NCBI GenBank assembly: GCA_001872735.1
Contig: MNWT01000004.1
Span: forward strand, 32,364-96,363
DNA length: 64,000 nucleotides
Direction of reading: 5' to 3'
Origin: Verrucomicrobia bacterium CG1_02_43_26
GTDB taxonomy: Bacteria > Verrucomicrobiota > Verrucomicrobiia > Opitutales > CG1-02-43-26
Shown: piece by piece, positions 20,206 through 29,820 of the stretch
How positions within the stretch are numbered: the stretch's first letter is position 1
How the letters are laid out: each line of letters begins with the position of its first letter
Notes under the pieces: generated by a model
The model's database searches: none
Seen by the model: the letters and a program-made list of their open reading frames with translations, nothing else
What the model was told of the DNA's origin: nothing
Translations under genes and position numbers: made by a program

Positions 20206-20245
20206 CAAAAGTTTGTTTCAGGTGAAACAAACCGCCCTTTTTTAT
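20206..20245 (+). repeat. palindromic GTTTGTTTCAGGTGAAACAAAC element with T-tract (copy 1)
   Basis: AAAAGTTTGTTTCAGGTGAAACAAACCGCCCTTTTTTAT. An inverted copy lies at 31553-31590. Confidence 0.7.
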
Positions 20246-20496
20246 AGCGAATTTATATCGAATCTACCGGAAATATACCAATAAAAAATCCCTCTAAGAA
20301 GCCTCGTATATCAATAAGAAATAACGAACTTAACCAAACAAAATATCCCCCTGAAATAGTGAAATCATTCCAACGAAATCACTAAACTATAGCTAAAATT
20401 AATACGAAAAAAACAGCCCCCTGAGCCACACCTCCAATAGGACGGAAAACGGCATTGCTTTGACAAATCGGTAATTTACATTAAGAATAATAGAAT

Positions 20497-20988
20497 ATGG
20501 ACCACCTACATGCTTATTGGCGCATGGAATACGTTGAAAGCTCTAAACAACCAGATGACAAGAGCTTGTTCACGAACATCTTGGAATCCGGAAACGATAG
20601 AGCGGCGCTCATCCTCTATCGCAGCCAACACGCTTTTCTCATCCTGAACAAATTTCCCTATAACGCCGGCCACCTCATGGCTGTTCCGCTTAAGGAAGTC
20701 CCTACATTGGCCGACCTTAACCTTGAAGAACGCGCCGATTACATGGATATTATCATTAAAGGACAAGAGATCCTCACCAAAGCCCTTTCGCCTAGCGGCT
20801 TTAATATAGGCATGAATATCGGCAGCGCTGCCGGAGCAGGCATACCAGGTCACCTTCATTGCCATATCGTCCCTCGCTGGCAGGGGGATACTAACTTCAT
20901 GCCGGTGGTAGGCAACACACGTGTACTCCCTCAAGCACTGGACACCATGTGGCAGCGTCTTAAACAATTCGCTACCGAAGAGGCCTAA
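20497..20988 (+). CDS. HIT family hydrolase
   Basis: The histidine triad GHLHCHIVPRW and FLILNKFPYNAGHLM. Confidence 0.85.
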   Translation: MDHLHAYWRMEYVESSKQPDDKSLFTNILESGNDRAALILYRSQHAFLILNKFPYNAGHLMAVPLKEVPTLADLNLEERADYMDIIIKGQEILTKALSPSGFNIGMNIGSAAGAGIPGHLHCHIVPRWQGDTNFMPVVGNTRVLPQALDTMWQRLKQFATEEA

Positions 20989-21034
20989 AACCGCTCCCCT
21001 TAACCCTTTTCACGACACGATACCCAACAACTCA

Positions 21035-21997
21035 ATGGAATCAAAAACACTACATTTCGCAAACCCAAGATTACTCTCTCAGCTATATCACAATAATGAG
21101 GCAAACCTCACTCATATCGAAAAAGCATTCAACGTGAGTCTTACAACTCGCGATGATTGGCTCACCATAGAGGGTACCCAAGATGACATCGCCCGTGTCT
21201 CCGAATTATTCGATATCCTGAACCTTGCCCGCGCACAGGGGCTCAATATTAATGACTCCGATTTCGATCACATGCTTATTGGCGTTGTAGAAGGGCGCGC
21301 CCATGAATTCAGGGAAACGTTTGAAAACCCGCTTATTCTCAAAATACGCAACAAAAGCCTGGTCCCAAAAACCATCAACCAAAAGCGCTACCTACAATTC
21401 ATTCAAAAACATGAGATCGTCTTAAGTGTAGGGCCCGCCGGTACCGGCAAAACCTACCTGGCCGTAGCCGCCGCACTCGATGCCCTCCTCAATAAAAAAG
21501 TCGAGAAAATCATCCTAACAAGGCCAGCCGTAGAGGCTGGAGAAGCCCTCGGCTTCCTCCCAGGAGACCTCCAGGAAAAGATCCTCCCCTACCTACGCCC
21601 ACTATACGATGCTATGTACGACATCCTTGGCCCCGAAGACACCGAAAAAATGATGGAAAAGCGTATCATCGAAATCGCACCCCTAGCCTACATGCGTGGC
21701 CGCACCCTCTCCAACGCCTACGTCATCCTAGACGAAGCCCAAAACACCACCTCAGAGCAAATGATGATGTTCCTCACCCGCCTAGGCGACAACAGCCGCA
21801 TGATCGTCACCGGCGACATCACACAAATCGACCTCCCCCTTAAAAACAGATCGGGCCTCAAGCAAGCCATCTCCGTATTAAACAATATACAAGGCATAAA
21901 GATATTTTATTTCGAAAATTCAGACGTCGTAAGACACCCTCTTGTGCAGAAGATAATAGAAGCCTACGAACACTTCTTCAACGACCGCGAACGCTAA
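21035..21997 (+). CDS. phoH: PhoH family ATPase
   Basis: Walker A is GPAGTGKTYLAVA, and ILDEAQNTT is present. The ATG at 21035 (MESKTLHF) avoids overlap with the HIT gene. Confidence 0.9.
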   Translation: MESKTLHFANPRLLSQLYHNNEANLTHIEKAFNVSLTTRDDWLTIEGTQDDIARVSELFDILNLARAQGLNINDSDFDHMLIGVVEGRAHEFRETFENPLILKIRNKSLVPKTINQKRYLQFIQKHEIVLSVGPAGTGKTYLAVAAALDALLNKKVEKIILTRPAVEAGEALGFLPGDLQEKILPYLRPLYDAMYDILGPEDTEKMMEKRIIEIAPLAYMRGRTLSNAYVILDEAQNTTSEQMMMFLTRLGDNSRMIVTGDITQIDLPLKNRSGLKQAISVLNNIQGIKIFYFENSDVVRHPLVQKIIEAYEHFFNDRER

Positions 21998-22017
21998 TTT
22001 ATACTGAATTTAACACG

Positions 22018-24405
22018 ATGCCCATCCAAAAACCAAAACGCGCCCGCCGCAAACGCCGCGACGAAGAATCCATCACCCCGGAAGCCTTTCTGGAAAAGAA
22101 ACATATCGCCGGCGCCATAGTTTTTGCACTATTTGCCATAACTACAATCGCCATATGCTTCGGAGGGCAGACGCCAGCTACACTACAAGTCTTACCAAAA
22201 CAAATAGCGAACACAAGAATCGTTGCCAACTTCCCCTTCACCTACGAAAGCAAAATATTAACTCAACGCAACCAAGAACAGCTTCGCAAGCGCATTGCGC
22301 CCGTATATCATCTAGACATGTCTGTCTACGAAAAGTTCAAAAAAGACATGATCCTGTTAGCTGAGGGCCTAACCGAAATTGAAGACAAAGGTATCAAGCA
22401 GCAATTAAGCCCAACTGAAATAGAAAGCGAAGTCAGGGACTTAAAAACCAAATTTAGCAATAAAACCGGCTACTTCTTAAACGCGGAGGACTTAGAGTCC
22501 ATACTCGTATCTACGGACAAGAACGTACAGGAACAGCTATTTGAAGAAGGTTTAATCATTCTTCGTGAAATATTCAGAGAAGGTATTTACGATCCAACCG
22601 AGCTAGGGGCAAAGGAAGGCAAAACATCTCCCTATTTTTATAGCATCGAAATCGAAGGACGGCATAGTGACTCTCGAGTCCTATCCGAAGAAGAAGCACT
22701 ACGCTTTTTGCGAATTAATCTATCCGCGCTTGATATAGACGCGAAGGTAGCTAGGGCCATGTTCCGTATTCTTAAGAGCGGCATAAGCTCAAACTTAATA
22801 TACGATGCGGCAAAAAGCGAAAAAAAGGCAGAAGATGCCATTGCGAAAATGCAACCCGTAACTGTTTCTATAAGCGAAGGGCAAACCATAATAGAGCCGG
22901 GAACAATTGTAGGACCAGAGCAATACGAAACGCTCATTGCCTATCGTGATAGTGCAAAAAAACATGAAGATATTGGATTAGGCTTTAACGCCTCCCTCAT
23001 TGAGCTTTCTGTTGCAACTCTTGGCATTCTCTTTGGAGCCGTTGTCTACCTGCGCTTAAACATGCCCAAACTATTAAAAAGCAAAAGAGATCTAACTTTC
23101 TGCGCAATTCTTTTTTTATTAAACCTGTTTATAATACGACTCATTCTCGAACTTGGTGAAACCGACCTTTTTGGTGCCAATTCTGTTTTCCTTTCGATTC
23201 TGCCCTACATGGCGCCAATTGCTCTCAGCGCGATTCTAATAACAATTATGCTGAATGCTCGATCTGCTATCATTGTCTCCCTATTGGTCAGTTGTTTTTA
23301 TGCCCTCATGCTCGGGAACGTTATACGCTTCCTACTACCTAGCATACTGGTCTGCCTAGCTGCGATTCATTATTCCAACCATATCGTTTTGAGAACAAGG
23401 GTTATACGCGCAGGAGCAATTGCCGGCCTGATAATGGCAATTTGCGCCGCCTTTTTAGGAATATTTAATGACATCAATGTATTTACCATTCTTAATCAAA
23501 TGTTAACCGCACAAATTGCGGGTATATGTACGGGATTGATAGCGATTTTCATTATGCCCCTATTGCAAAGCGTGTTTAAGATGACAACAGACATCACCTT
23601 ACTCGAGTTAACAGATTTCAATCACCCCCTGTTAAGACAACTACAATTAGAAGCCCCCGGAACATACCACCATAGCTTAATGGTAGCCAATTTAGCAGAA
23701 CGTGCCGCGGCGGAAATAAAAGCAAATCCGCTAGTATGCCGCGTCGGTGCCCTCTTTCACGACATTGGAAAGGTTGTGAAACCAGAGTATTTTGTTGAGA
23801 ATCAAAAGGATGGCATTAACCCGCATATGGATCGCAATCCCTCAATGAGCGCATTAGTAATCAAAAGCCACGTAAAAGAGGGTTTATTGATGGGCAAAGA
23901 ATCAAAGCTCCCCAAAGCTGTATTGGATATAATTGAGCAGCACCATGGAACTACGCTCATTCAGTACTTCTTCGACAAGGCTCAACGCCAAAAAAAGCAA
24001 ACAAGTTTACCCTTCATCGCGCCGGAAACGATTATTGGGGAAGAAAAAATTGATGAATCTACGTTCCGCTACGACGGTCCGAAACCCCAGTTTATAGAAT
24101 GCGCCATTGTAATGATTGCCGATACGATAGAGGCCGCTAGCCGCACCTTGAAAAAAGTAAGCGCCCAAAGCATCGAGGAATTAGTAGATCAGGCCTGCAA
24201 GGAAAAGATTGAAGATGGGCAGTTAACCGAATGTCCAATCACCCTGAAGGAAATTGAAAAGCTCAAGAAAAGTTTCATAGTGACAATACTCAACACGCTA
24301 CATTCACGAATAGAGTACCCCAAGGGAAAAGAATCCTCAAGGAGCGCTTATGAACCCAAACAACCCATCAAGATACCTGCGGACGACACAGGAGGTGATG
24401 TTTAA
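22018..24405 (+). CDS. 7TM-HD membrane phosphohydrolase (PgpH/YqfF-like)
   Basis: It has an extracytoplasmic N-terminal domain, a block of about 7 TM helices, and an HD domain (HHSLMVANLAE...ALFHDIGK...EQHHG). The phoH-yqfF-ybeY synteny is conserved. Confidence 0.85.
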   Translation: MPIQKPKRARRKRRDEESITPEAFLEKKHIAGAIVFALFAITTIAICFGGQTPATLQVLPKQIANTRIVANFPFTYESKILTQRNQEQLRKRIAPVYHLDMSVYEKFKKDMILLAEGLTEIEDKGIKQQLSPTEIESEVRDLKTKFSNKTGYFLNAEDLESILVSTDKNVQEQLFEEGLIILREIFREGIYDPTELGAKEGKTSPYFYSIEIEGRHSDSRVLSEEEALRFLRINLSALDIDAKVARAMFRILKSGISSNLIYDAAKSEKKAEDAIAKMQPVTVSISEGQTIIEPGTIVGPEQYETLIAYRDSAKKHEDIGLGFNASLIELSVATLGILFGAVVYLRLNMPKLLKSKRDLTFCAILFLLNLFIIRLILELGETDLFGANSVFLSILPYMAPIALSAILITIMLNARSAIIVSLLVSCFYALMLGNVIRFLLPSILVCLAAIHYSNHIVLRTRVIRAGAIAGLIMAICAAFLGIFNDINVFTILNQMLTAQIAGICTGLIAIFIMPLLQSVFKMTTDITLLELTDFNHPLLRQLQLEAPGTYHHSLMVANLAERAAAEIKANPLVCRVGALFHDIGKVVKPEYFVENQKDGINPHMDRNPSMSALVIKSHVKEGLLMGKESKLPKAVLDIIEQHHGTTLIQYFFDKAQRQKKQTSLPFIAPETIIGEEKIDESTFRYDGPKPQFIECAIVMIADTIEAASRTLKKVSAQSIEELVDQACKEKIEDGQLTECPITLKEIEKLKKSFIVTILNTLHSRIEYPKGKESSRSAYEPKQPIKIPADDTGGDV

Positions 24406-24880
24406 TATAAATTGCATGAGGGAAGTTTTCATCAATAATCAACATCCTAACCTGAAGTTTGAAGCTGACTCGCTTGAAAAGATTATTGCGCTATTAGACA
24501 GTATTCCCGAGGCTAAAATACCACCAGGGGAGCTTTCCATCGCATTTTTAGAGCGCCCCATCATTATCGAGCTACATAAAAATTTCTTTAATGACCCCAC
24601 GCCAACGGATGTTATGACCTTTACCGGTGATCCTGAGATGGATTTTGCCGGAGAAATTTGCGTTTCACCTGACCAAGCTATGGAAGTGCATAATGACCAC
24701 CGCGTCACATTTCCTTACGAACTCATGCTTTATATCGTGCACGGTTGGCTACACCTGGCGGGCTATAATGACAAAACAACTGAAGATATTCAGCAAATAC
24801 GGCATATGGAAAGCGTGGTGATGCAAAAAATACTTGAATGTGAGGGCTTGCCTGAGTTTGTTTTTTTGGATAACGTATAG
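24398..24880 (+). CDS. ybeY: rRNA maturation endoribonuclease YbeY
   Basis: The HGWLHLAGYND motif is present. The third His of the canonical HGxLHLxGYDH motif appears to be replaced (YND). An alternative start is at 24416. Confidence 0.8.
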   Translation: MFNINCMREVFINNQHPNLKFEADSLEKIIALLDSIPEAKIPPGELSIAFLERPIIIELHKNFFNDPTPTDVMTFTGDPEMDFAGEICVSPDQAMEVHNDHRVTFPYELMLYIVHGWLHLAGYNDKTTEDIQQIRHMESVVMQKILECEGLPEFVFLDNV

Positions 24881-24898
24881 GCTGTTCCATACACTGCC

Positions 24899-25543
24899 AT
24901 GTTTAAATCAATTAGAAGTTCATTTTTCACAGGATTATTAATCCTTCTGCCATTAGCCGCTACGATTTTCGTAGTTAAGTTTTTAATAGAGTCTATTGGG
25001 GCTCCCACAAGTAAATTGATATTCTGGTTTATTGATTCAAGTTTGCGTGACCAAATTTGGTTTGAAGGGATGTTAAGCATTGCTTCGATTATCATTATAG
25101 TCGTTTTCATAGCGATTTTGGGATTATTATCCAAGTACTTCTTAGGGCGCTTAATGATGCAATTAGCTGAAAAGGTAATCACATCCGTACCTTTTGTTAA
25201 GACTGTTTATAATACGGTGAAGCAAATTGTTGACACCTTTAGCCAACAACAAAAGGCGGTTTTTCAAAAAACAGTATTGATCGAATACCCTAGACCCGGG
25301 GTTTATGCTTTAGGCTTTTTAACAAGTACCACAAAAGGCGAAGTACAGCAAAAGACTGGAAAAGTTGTGGTTAATGTGTTCGTGCCAACAACACCTAACC
25401 CGACTAGTGGATTTCTATTGATGCTCCCAGAGGACGAGGTGATCGATTTAGAAATGAGTGTTTCTGATGGCATGAAGGTTGTTATTTCTGGAGGAGCACT
25501 TGTACCAGCTTATAATGCAAAACCGCTTGATATCGGAAGCTAG
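24899..25543 (+). CDS. DUF502 membrane protein
   Basis: SFFTGLLILLPLAATIFVV, two TM helices, and a C-terminal PTTPNPTSGFLLMLP block typical of DUF502. Confidence 0.75.
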   Translation: MFKSIRSSFFTGLLILLPLAATIFVVKFLIESIGAPTSKLIFWFIDSSLRDQIWFEGMLSIASIIIIVVFIAILGLLSKYFLGRLMMQLAEKVITSVPFVKTVYNTVKQIVDTFSQQQKAVFQKTVLIEYPRPGVYALGFLTSTTKGEVQQKTGKVVVNVFVPTTPNPTSGFLLMLPEDEVIDLEMSVSDGMKVVISGGALVPAYNAKPLDIGS

Positions 25544-26164
25544 ATGCAATTTCAGGAATTCAGGGGGTACGTGATCCATAAAGCGCCCTCGGCTTCAGAA
25601 AAGAGTATCAGCCGAATCAGTATCCTTACCGCTGCTCAAGGCATTATATTAGGCTTATTTAGGGAAACCAAAAAATCAAGAGCCAGCTCCAGCATAGACC
25701 TCTTTGATCTTGGGGAAATTGTGGTTAAGACGAGAGGTTCGAACCAAGATACTTTTTTCATTCAAGAGTTTCGGCTAGAAAGGCGGCATAGCGACATCAG
25801 CCGCAACTACGAGGCTTTTACCTACGCATGCTCGCTCTCCAAACTTTTGTACAGAAATAACCTGCACCCTGAGTCTACGGAAGACCTCTTTTTGCTTTGG
25901 GAGAAATCCCTGCAACATCTTTTAAACGGATATGCCCCCAGTGTCGTTTACCTAAAAGCGATTTATCTATTGGTGCAACAAGAGGGTTACCCCGTGAAGG
26001 AAGCCTGGCTTAAACAATTACCCACAAAGCTCAGAGAAAGCACCTGGGCTCTATTAAAGGAGCAGTTGCACGCGAAAGCCGACCGAGAAGATCCCCCCGA
26101 ACACCAAGAATCCATCGAGCGACTACACCAATGGATTCGAAAGGAAACGGCGATTATAATTTAG
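25544..26164 (+). CDS. recO: DNA repair protein RecO (short form)
   Basis: It has an N-terminal OB-like pattern (FRGYVIHKAPSASEKSISRISILTAAQGIILG...) and a helical C-terminal part. It sits downstream of ybeY, as in many genomes. No zinc-finger Cys residues are present. Confidence 0.55.
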   Translation: MQFQEFRGYVIHKAPSASEKSISRISILTAAQGIILGLFRETKKSRASSSIDLFDLGEIVVKTRGSNQDTFFIQEFRLERRHSDISRNYEAFTYACSLSKLLYRNNLHPESTEDLFLLWEKSLQHLLNGYAPSVVYLKAIYLLVQQEGYPVKEAWLKQLPTKLRESTWALLKEQLHAKADREDPPEHQESIERLHQWIRKETAIII

Positions 26165-27123
26165 TCTATCGGAGATTGGAGCACACGTTCTGTATTTGCT
26201 ACAAAACGATCACTTGCAGCCGTTAATGCTTGAAGCATTTCAGCAGTGAGCTCGCAATCGCCCGCTTTGGCACATTCTTTTACTTGTTCCGGCTTACGAC
26301 TGCCGATAATGGTCGTTTGGATGTTCTCTTGGGCAATAACCCAAGCCAAAGCAATTTCAGAAGGATGCCTGCCGAGGTCTTGACCGATGGAAGCCAAGAG
26401 ATCGTACACCTTAGCAACCTCACTTTTGATCGGTTCATCAAAAAAACTGTCATAACGGTTCGTACGGGCAGCGACTTGGCGATCCGTTTCTGTTAATTTT
26501 CGTGCTAAGAAACCTCTGGCCAATGGAGCATATGCCATATAGGTTACCCCTGATTGATGACACAGTTCACGTGTGCGCCCTTCATAAAAGCGACACAGTA
26601 AATTATAAGGTACTTGGTTGATAGAAAAATCCGCGAGCTGATCCCCTAGTAACTCCAAATCTTGCTCATGGAAGTTGGATAAGCCAACAGTCAAAGCCTT
26701 TTTACTTTCCTTCAGGGCAAACATGATATCGCAAAAAAGAGAAGCATTTTGCATAAAATCAGATGGCCAATGAATCAGGTAAAGGTCTACATAGTCGCGA
26801 TTAAGCCTCAAAAGCGTCTCATCTAGGCGCTTTTGATAAGCCTCGAGCGTTAGCTCGGCATCCGGCCAAATTTTTGAAACAATAATAACATCATCTCTTT
26901 TATTTCCCAGAGCCCTTCCTAGACGACGCTCGGATTCACCATCACCATAGCCCTCAGCAGTATCAAATGCGGTTATACCACAATCAACAGCAGTTTTTAT
27001 GACAGTTTCCGCCTCAGTTGCGCTACACTTATCGCCCCAACCAATGCTCGGGGCGAGTTGCCAGCAACCCATCGTAAGAACGCTCCAATCTTTATCTATG
27101 CCTAAGCAACGGGTATATTTCAT
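26161..27123 (-). CDS. aldo/keto reductase
   Basis: FDTAEGYGDGESERRLG, DLYLIHWP and IIGSRKPEQV are typical AKR blocks. Confidence 0.9.
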   Translation of the reverse strand: MKYTRCLGIDKDWSVLTMGCWQLAPSIGWGDKCSATEAETVIKTAVDCGITAFDTAEGYGDGESERRLGRALGNKRDDVIIVSKIWPDAELTLEAYQKRLDETLLRLNRDYVDLYLIHWPSDFMQNASLFCDIMFALKESKKALTVGLSNFHEQDLELLGDQLADFSINQVPYNLLCRFYEGRTRELCHQSGVTYMAYAPLARGFLARKLTETDRQVAARTNRYDSFFDEPIKSEVAKVYDLLASIGQDLGRHPSEIALAWVIAQENIQTTIIGSRKPEQVKECAKAGDCELTAEMLQALTAASDRFVANTERVLQSPID

Positions 27124-27155
27124 AATATCTTTAAACTTACAGGTATTCGCTCTCT

Positions 27156-27455
27156 TTATTTGGACTTTTGGGGCGGTGCCTTATCAACGTCTAGCTTCTT
27201 TTTTTGGTAATAGCCCTTTTCTTTTGGGGAACTGGGGTCCGTGCGAGGAATAGGCCTAAGCTCGGTTCGATCATCTTGAGGATGAGGAAGCGGCGCTAAC
27301 GCATCTGGCTCAAGGTGGCCCGGAGGAGGTGTTGGTTGCTGTTCTCTTGGGTGCGGCCGAGGAGGAGGCACTCTAGCCAATAACGGACAACTAATCGCAA
27401 TCATAGACACGAAAGTAAGGACTAACAGCTTTTTAATAAAAGAAGGGAGGGGCAT
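27156..27455 (-). CDS. small proline-rich secreted protein (hypothetical)
   Basis: A signal-like N-terminus (LLVLTFVSMIAISCPLLA) is followed by a Pro-rich low-complexity region. It lies downstream of the FecR-domain gene. Confidence 0.4.
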   Translation of the reverse strand: MPLPSFIKKLLVLTFVSMIAISCPLLARVPPPRPHPREQQPTPPPGHLEPDALAPLPHPQDDRTELRPIPRTDPSSPKEKGYYQKKKLDVDKAPPQKSK

Positions 27456-27527
27456 CGTTTTTAGTTTAAAAAAGAATATCGGTGCACCACAACATCAAAA
27501 AAGCGAATACAATACGGCATCATTCAA

Positions 27528-28589
27528 TCACTCCGGATCAGCGGGACTGGACACAAATTCGTCCTTATTAACAATGGAATTGTCCACAACACCAGCCTGG
27601 GGGGATGATGCCTCTACTGCCTGAGCCGTTAGTGCCACAACTGTTTGAGTTTCAGCTGAGAGCTGGAAAGCCTTTTGTGTTTTTTGCTCAAGTTGCTGTA
27701 AGTCTTTTTGTGCATTTTTTTGAATTTTAGCAGGTTCCTTAAGTGCCTGTATGGCGGGAATCACGGCGTTAAGTGCTGCAAGAACACCTTGATCCGTGAT
27801 ATTAGCATTACGGATAGCCTCCAATATAATATTCTTATCTGCTTGAGTAATGGGTTCAGTCCTTGATTCGCTTGTTGCTATATTGCCCGATGCCAGATCC
27901 TTGTTACCCAAAGAAGTCGTTTTTGCGCCAACATTAAGCTCGCTAACAATCTTTTCGACTTCTTGCAGACCATCGCTGTTAATAGAAACATTATAGGCAG
28001 TTGACGTAACCGAACCAACCACATTAATGATCTTCATGACGAACGAGCCGGTTGTCGTATCCATCACAAAGGAAACATCTGCGATGGTTCCACGAATACC
28101 AGCAACGCCTGCTTGGGTGGTTATCTTAAATGAAGATTTTTTGCTTAATTTTTTTACATCCGCAAGGAGTTGCCCATAGTTGAGAATCAAATCACTTGTG
28201 GATTCGCTCGGATCTGCGTCAAGAAGTTCAAATTTTCGAGTCGAATCATCAAATGATTCTTGCCTAAAACTCGCAATGGAAAGACTGGTATTACTGGAAA
28301 CAACAAGAGTTGAGCCGTTTGAAAAAACCAAAACACAAGAACCATTATCACCTGTAGTAACCGTATAACCCTCATCTAAAATTTGGCCATTATGCGCGAC
28401 AAGCTTTTGGTCATCAGTACCTTTAAGAGCCGACACATCTCCTTTTACGTTCATAAATTTCACCATCCCTTTTGGGAGCTCTGCAAGAAGTAATTGTCCT
28501 GAGAATAGTAAGGATAAAAATATGAATGAAACGATTTTCGGCAATGGTAATGGCATTTTGGGACGTAGTGGTTCTGTGACAAAACTCAA
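27528..28589 (-). CDS. FecR-domain secreted protein
   Basis: A signal peptide, then GDVSALKGTDDQKLVAHNGQILDEGYTVTTGDNGSCVLVFSNGSTLVVSSNTSLSI, which is a FecR-like fold signature. Confidence 0.6.
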   Translation of the reverse strand: MSFVTEPLRPKMPLPLPKIVSFIFLSLLFSGQLLLAELPKGMVKFMNVKGDVSALKGTDDQKLVAHNGQILDEGYTVTTGDNGSCVLVFSNGSTLVVSSNTSLSIASFRQESFDDSTRKFELLDADPSESTSDLILNYGQLLADVKKLSKKSSFKITTQAGVAGIRGTIADVSFVMDTTTGSFVMKIINVVGSVTSTAYNVSINSDGLQEVEKIVSELNVGAKTTSLGNKDLASGNIATSESRTEPITQADKNIILEAIRNANITDQGVLAALNAVIPAIQALKEPAKIQKNAQKDLQQLEQKTQKAFQLSAETQTVVALTAQAVEASSPQAGVVDNSIVNKDEFVSSPADPE

Positions 28590-28654
28590 AGTGATGTTAA
28601 TTTAACATCTATTCAAGCTAAATATGTAAGCCAAAAAAACTATCAAGTTTTCGC

Positions 28655-28687
28655 TTGCAATTTGCGCAAAACCGTCTACTTTATAAT
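28655..28687 (+). promoter_or_regulatory. candidate promoter of tRNA-Val
   Basis: A perfect TATAAT at 28682-28687 lies 13 nt before the tRNA 5' end. TTGCAA at 28655-28660 is a possible -35, but the 21-nt spacer is non-ideal. Confidence 0.35.
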
Positions 28688-28700
28688 TTCATTTGAATCG

Positions 28701-28777
28701 GGACGGCTAGCTCAGTTGGTTAGAGCGGCTGGTTTACACCCAGTAGGTCACAGGTTCGAGTCCTGTGCCGTCCACCA
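28701..28777 (+). tRNA. tRNA-Val (anticodon TAC), CCA encoded
   Basis: Cloverleaf folded by hand. The acceptor stem is GGACGGC/GCCGTCC, the D arm is GCTC..GAGC, and the anticodon stem is GCTGG/CCAGT with loop TTTACAC. The T arm is ACAGG-TTCGAGT-CCTGT, followed by A-CCA. Confidence 0.9.
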
Positions 28778-28849
28778 TTTTCAATTATTTTTGAAAAGTT
28801 CTTATTATTGCATTAGCAAACAAAAAAAGGCAGAGTTTTCCCTGTAGTT

Positions 28850-29707
28850 ATGGAAAGAAAACTTAAAATAGCGAGCAGACGCAGCCCCTTGGCGCTGATT
28901 CAAACGAATATGGTAGGCGAACACTTAGCGGGCGTATCCGGTTATGAGATCGTTGAAAAGGTGACTACTGGTGATAAACAGCAAGGATGGTCTTTAGAGA
29001 AACAAGGTGGGAAAGGCCTTTTTACGAAAGAACTTGAAGAAGCTCTCCTTTCAGGGGAAGCCGATATCGCAATGCACAGCGCGAAAGATCTGCCAACAGA
29101 ACTACCCAAGGGCCTTGTGATCGCAGGCTATCTGCCAAGAGACACTCCCAATGATGTGCTGATCCTGAGAGAAAATATAGTTGGATCGCCCCATAAAATT
29201 GCTACAGCTAGCCCCAGAAGGCGTGCTCAAGTGCGTGTAATGTACCCTAAAGCTGAGTTTTTAGAAATACGAGGGAATGTAGCCACTCGACTGAATAAGA
29301 TGGTAGATGGCTATGCGGATGCTACCGTTATGGCAGCGGCTGGGCTTAAGCGCTTAAACATAGAAAGCTATAGTGGCTTAAAGTTCATCCCATTAGCCGT
29401 GGATCATATGGTGCCTGCGGTAGGACAAGGTGCAATCGCGATTGAATGCCATAAAGACAGGATTGAGGAATTCAGACCCCTGCTTGATGCGGAGACATTT
29501 CAATCCGTTTCTATTGAAAGAATTTTCCTGACCATGTTAGGCGGTGGGTGCCAAACTGCTGTTGGCGGGCATTTTACAGATGGTCACTTGCATATTTTTC
29601 ACGAAGCCGCGGGGTACAGCAAGCACCCCCTCCACAATATAGTGGATTTAGGCCAGACAGCAGAGCGGATTGCTGATATCATACAAGCAATTGGAGTGTT
29701 ACAGTAA
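28850..29707 (+). CDS. hemC: hydroxymethylbilane synthase (porphobilinogen deaminase)
   Basis: LKIASRRSPLALIQT, GKGLFTKELEEALL..ADIAMHSAKDLP, IRGNVATRL, and the cofactor Cys context GGGCQTAVG. Confidence 0.9.
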   Translation: MERKLKIASRRSPLALIQTNMVGEHLAGVSGYEIVEKVTTGDKQQGWSLEKQGGKGLFTKELEEALLSGEADIAMHSAKDLPTELPKGLVIAGYLPRDTPNDVLILRENIVGSPHKIATASPRRRAQVRVMYPKAEFLEIRGNVATRLNKMVDGYADATVMAAAGLKRLNIESYSGLKFIPLAVDHMVPAVGQGAIAIECHKDRIEEFRPLLDAETFQSVSIERIFLTMLGGGCQTAVGGHFTDGHLHIFHEAAGYSKHPLHNIVDLGQTAERIADIIQAIGVLQ

Positions 29708-29820
29708 ACGAGTATAAACAATTTCCATTAAAGTTGTTGATTTTTCTTGTAAACGGCCATATAAAATTGTATCATTTTTGCTTTTAGCCATTTAAGGCTA
29801 ATTAATTCAAAATAAATTAA

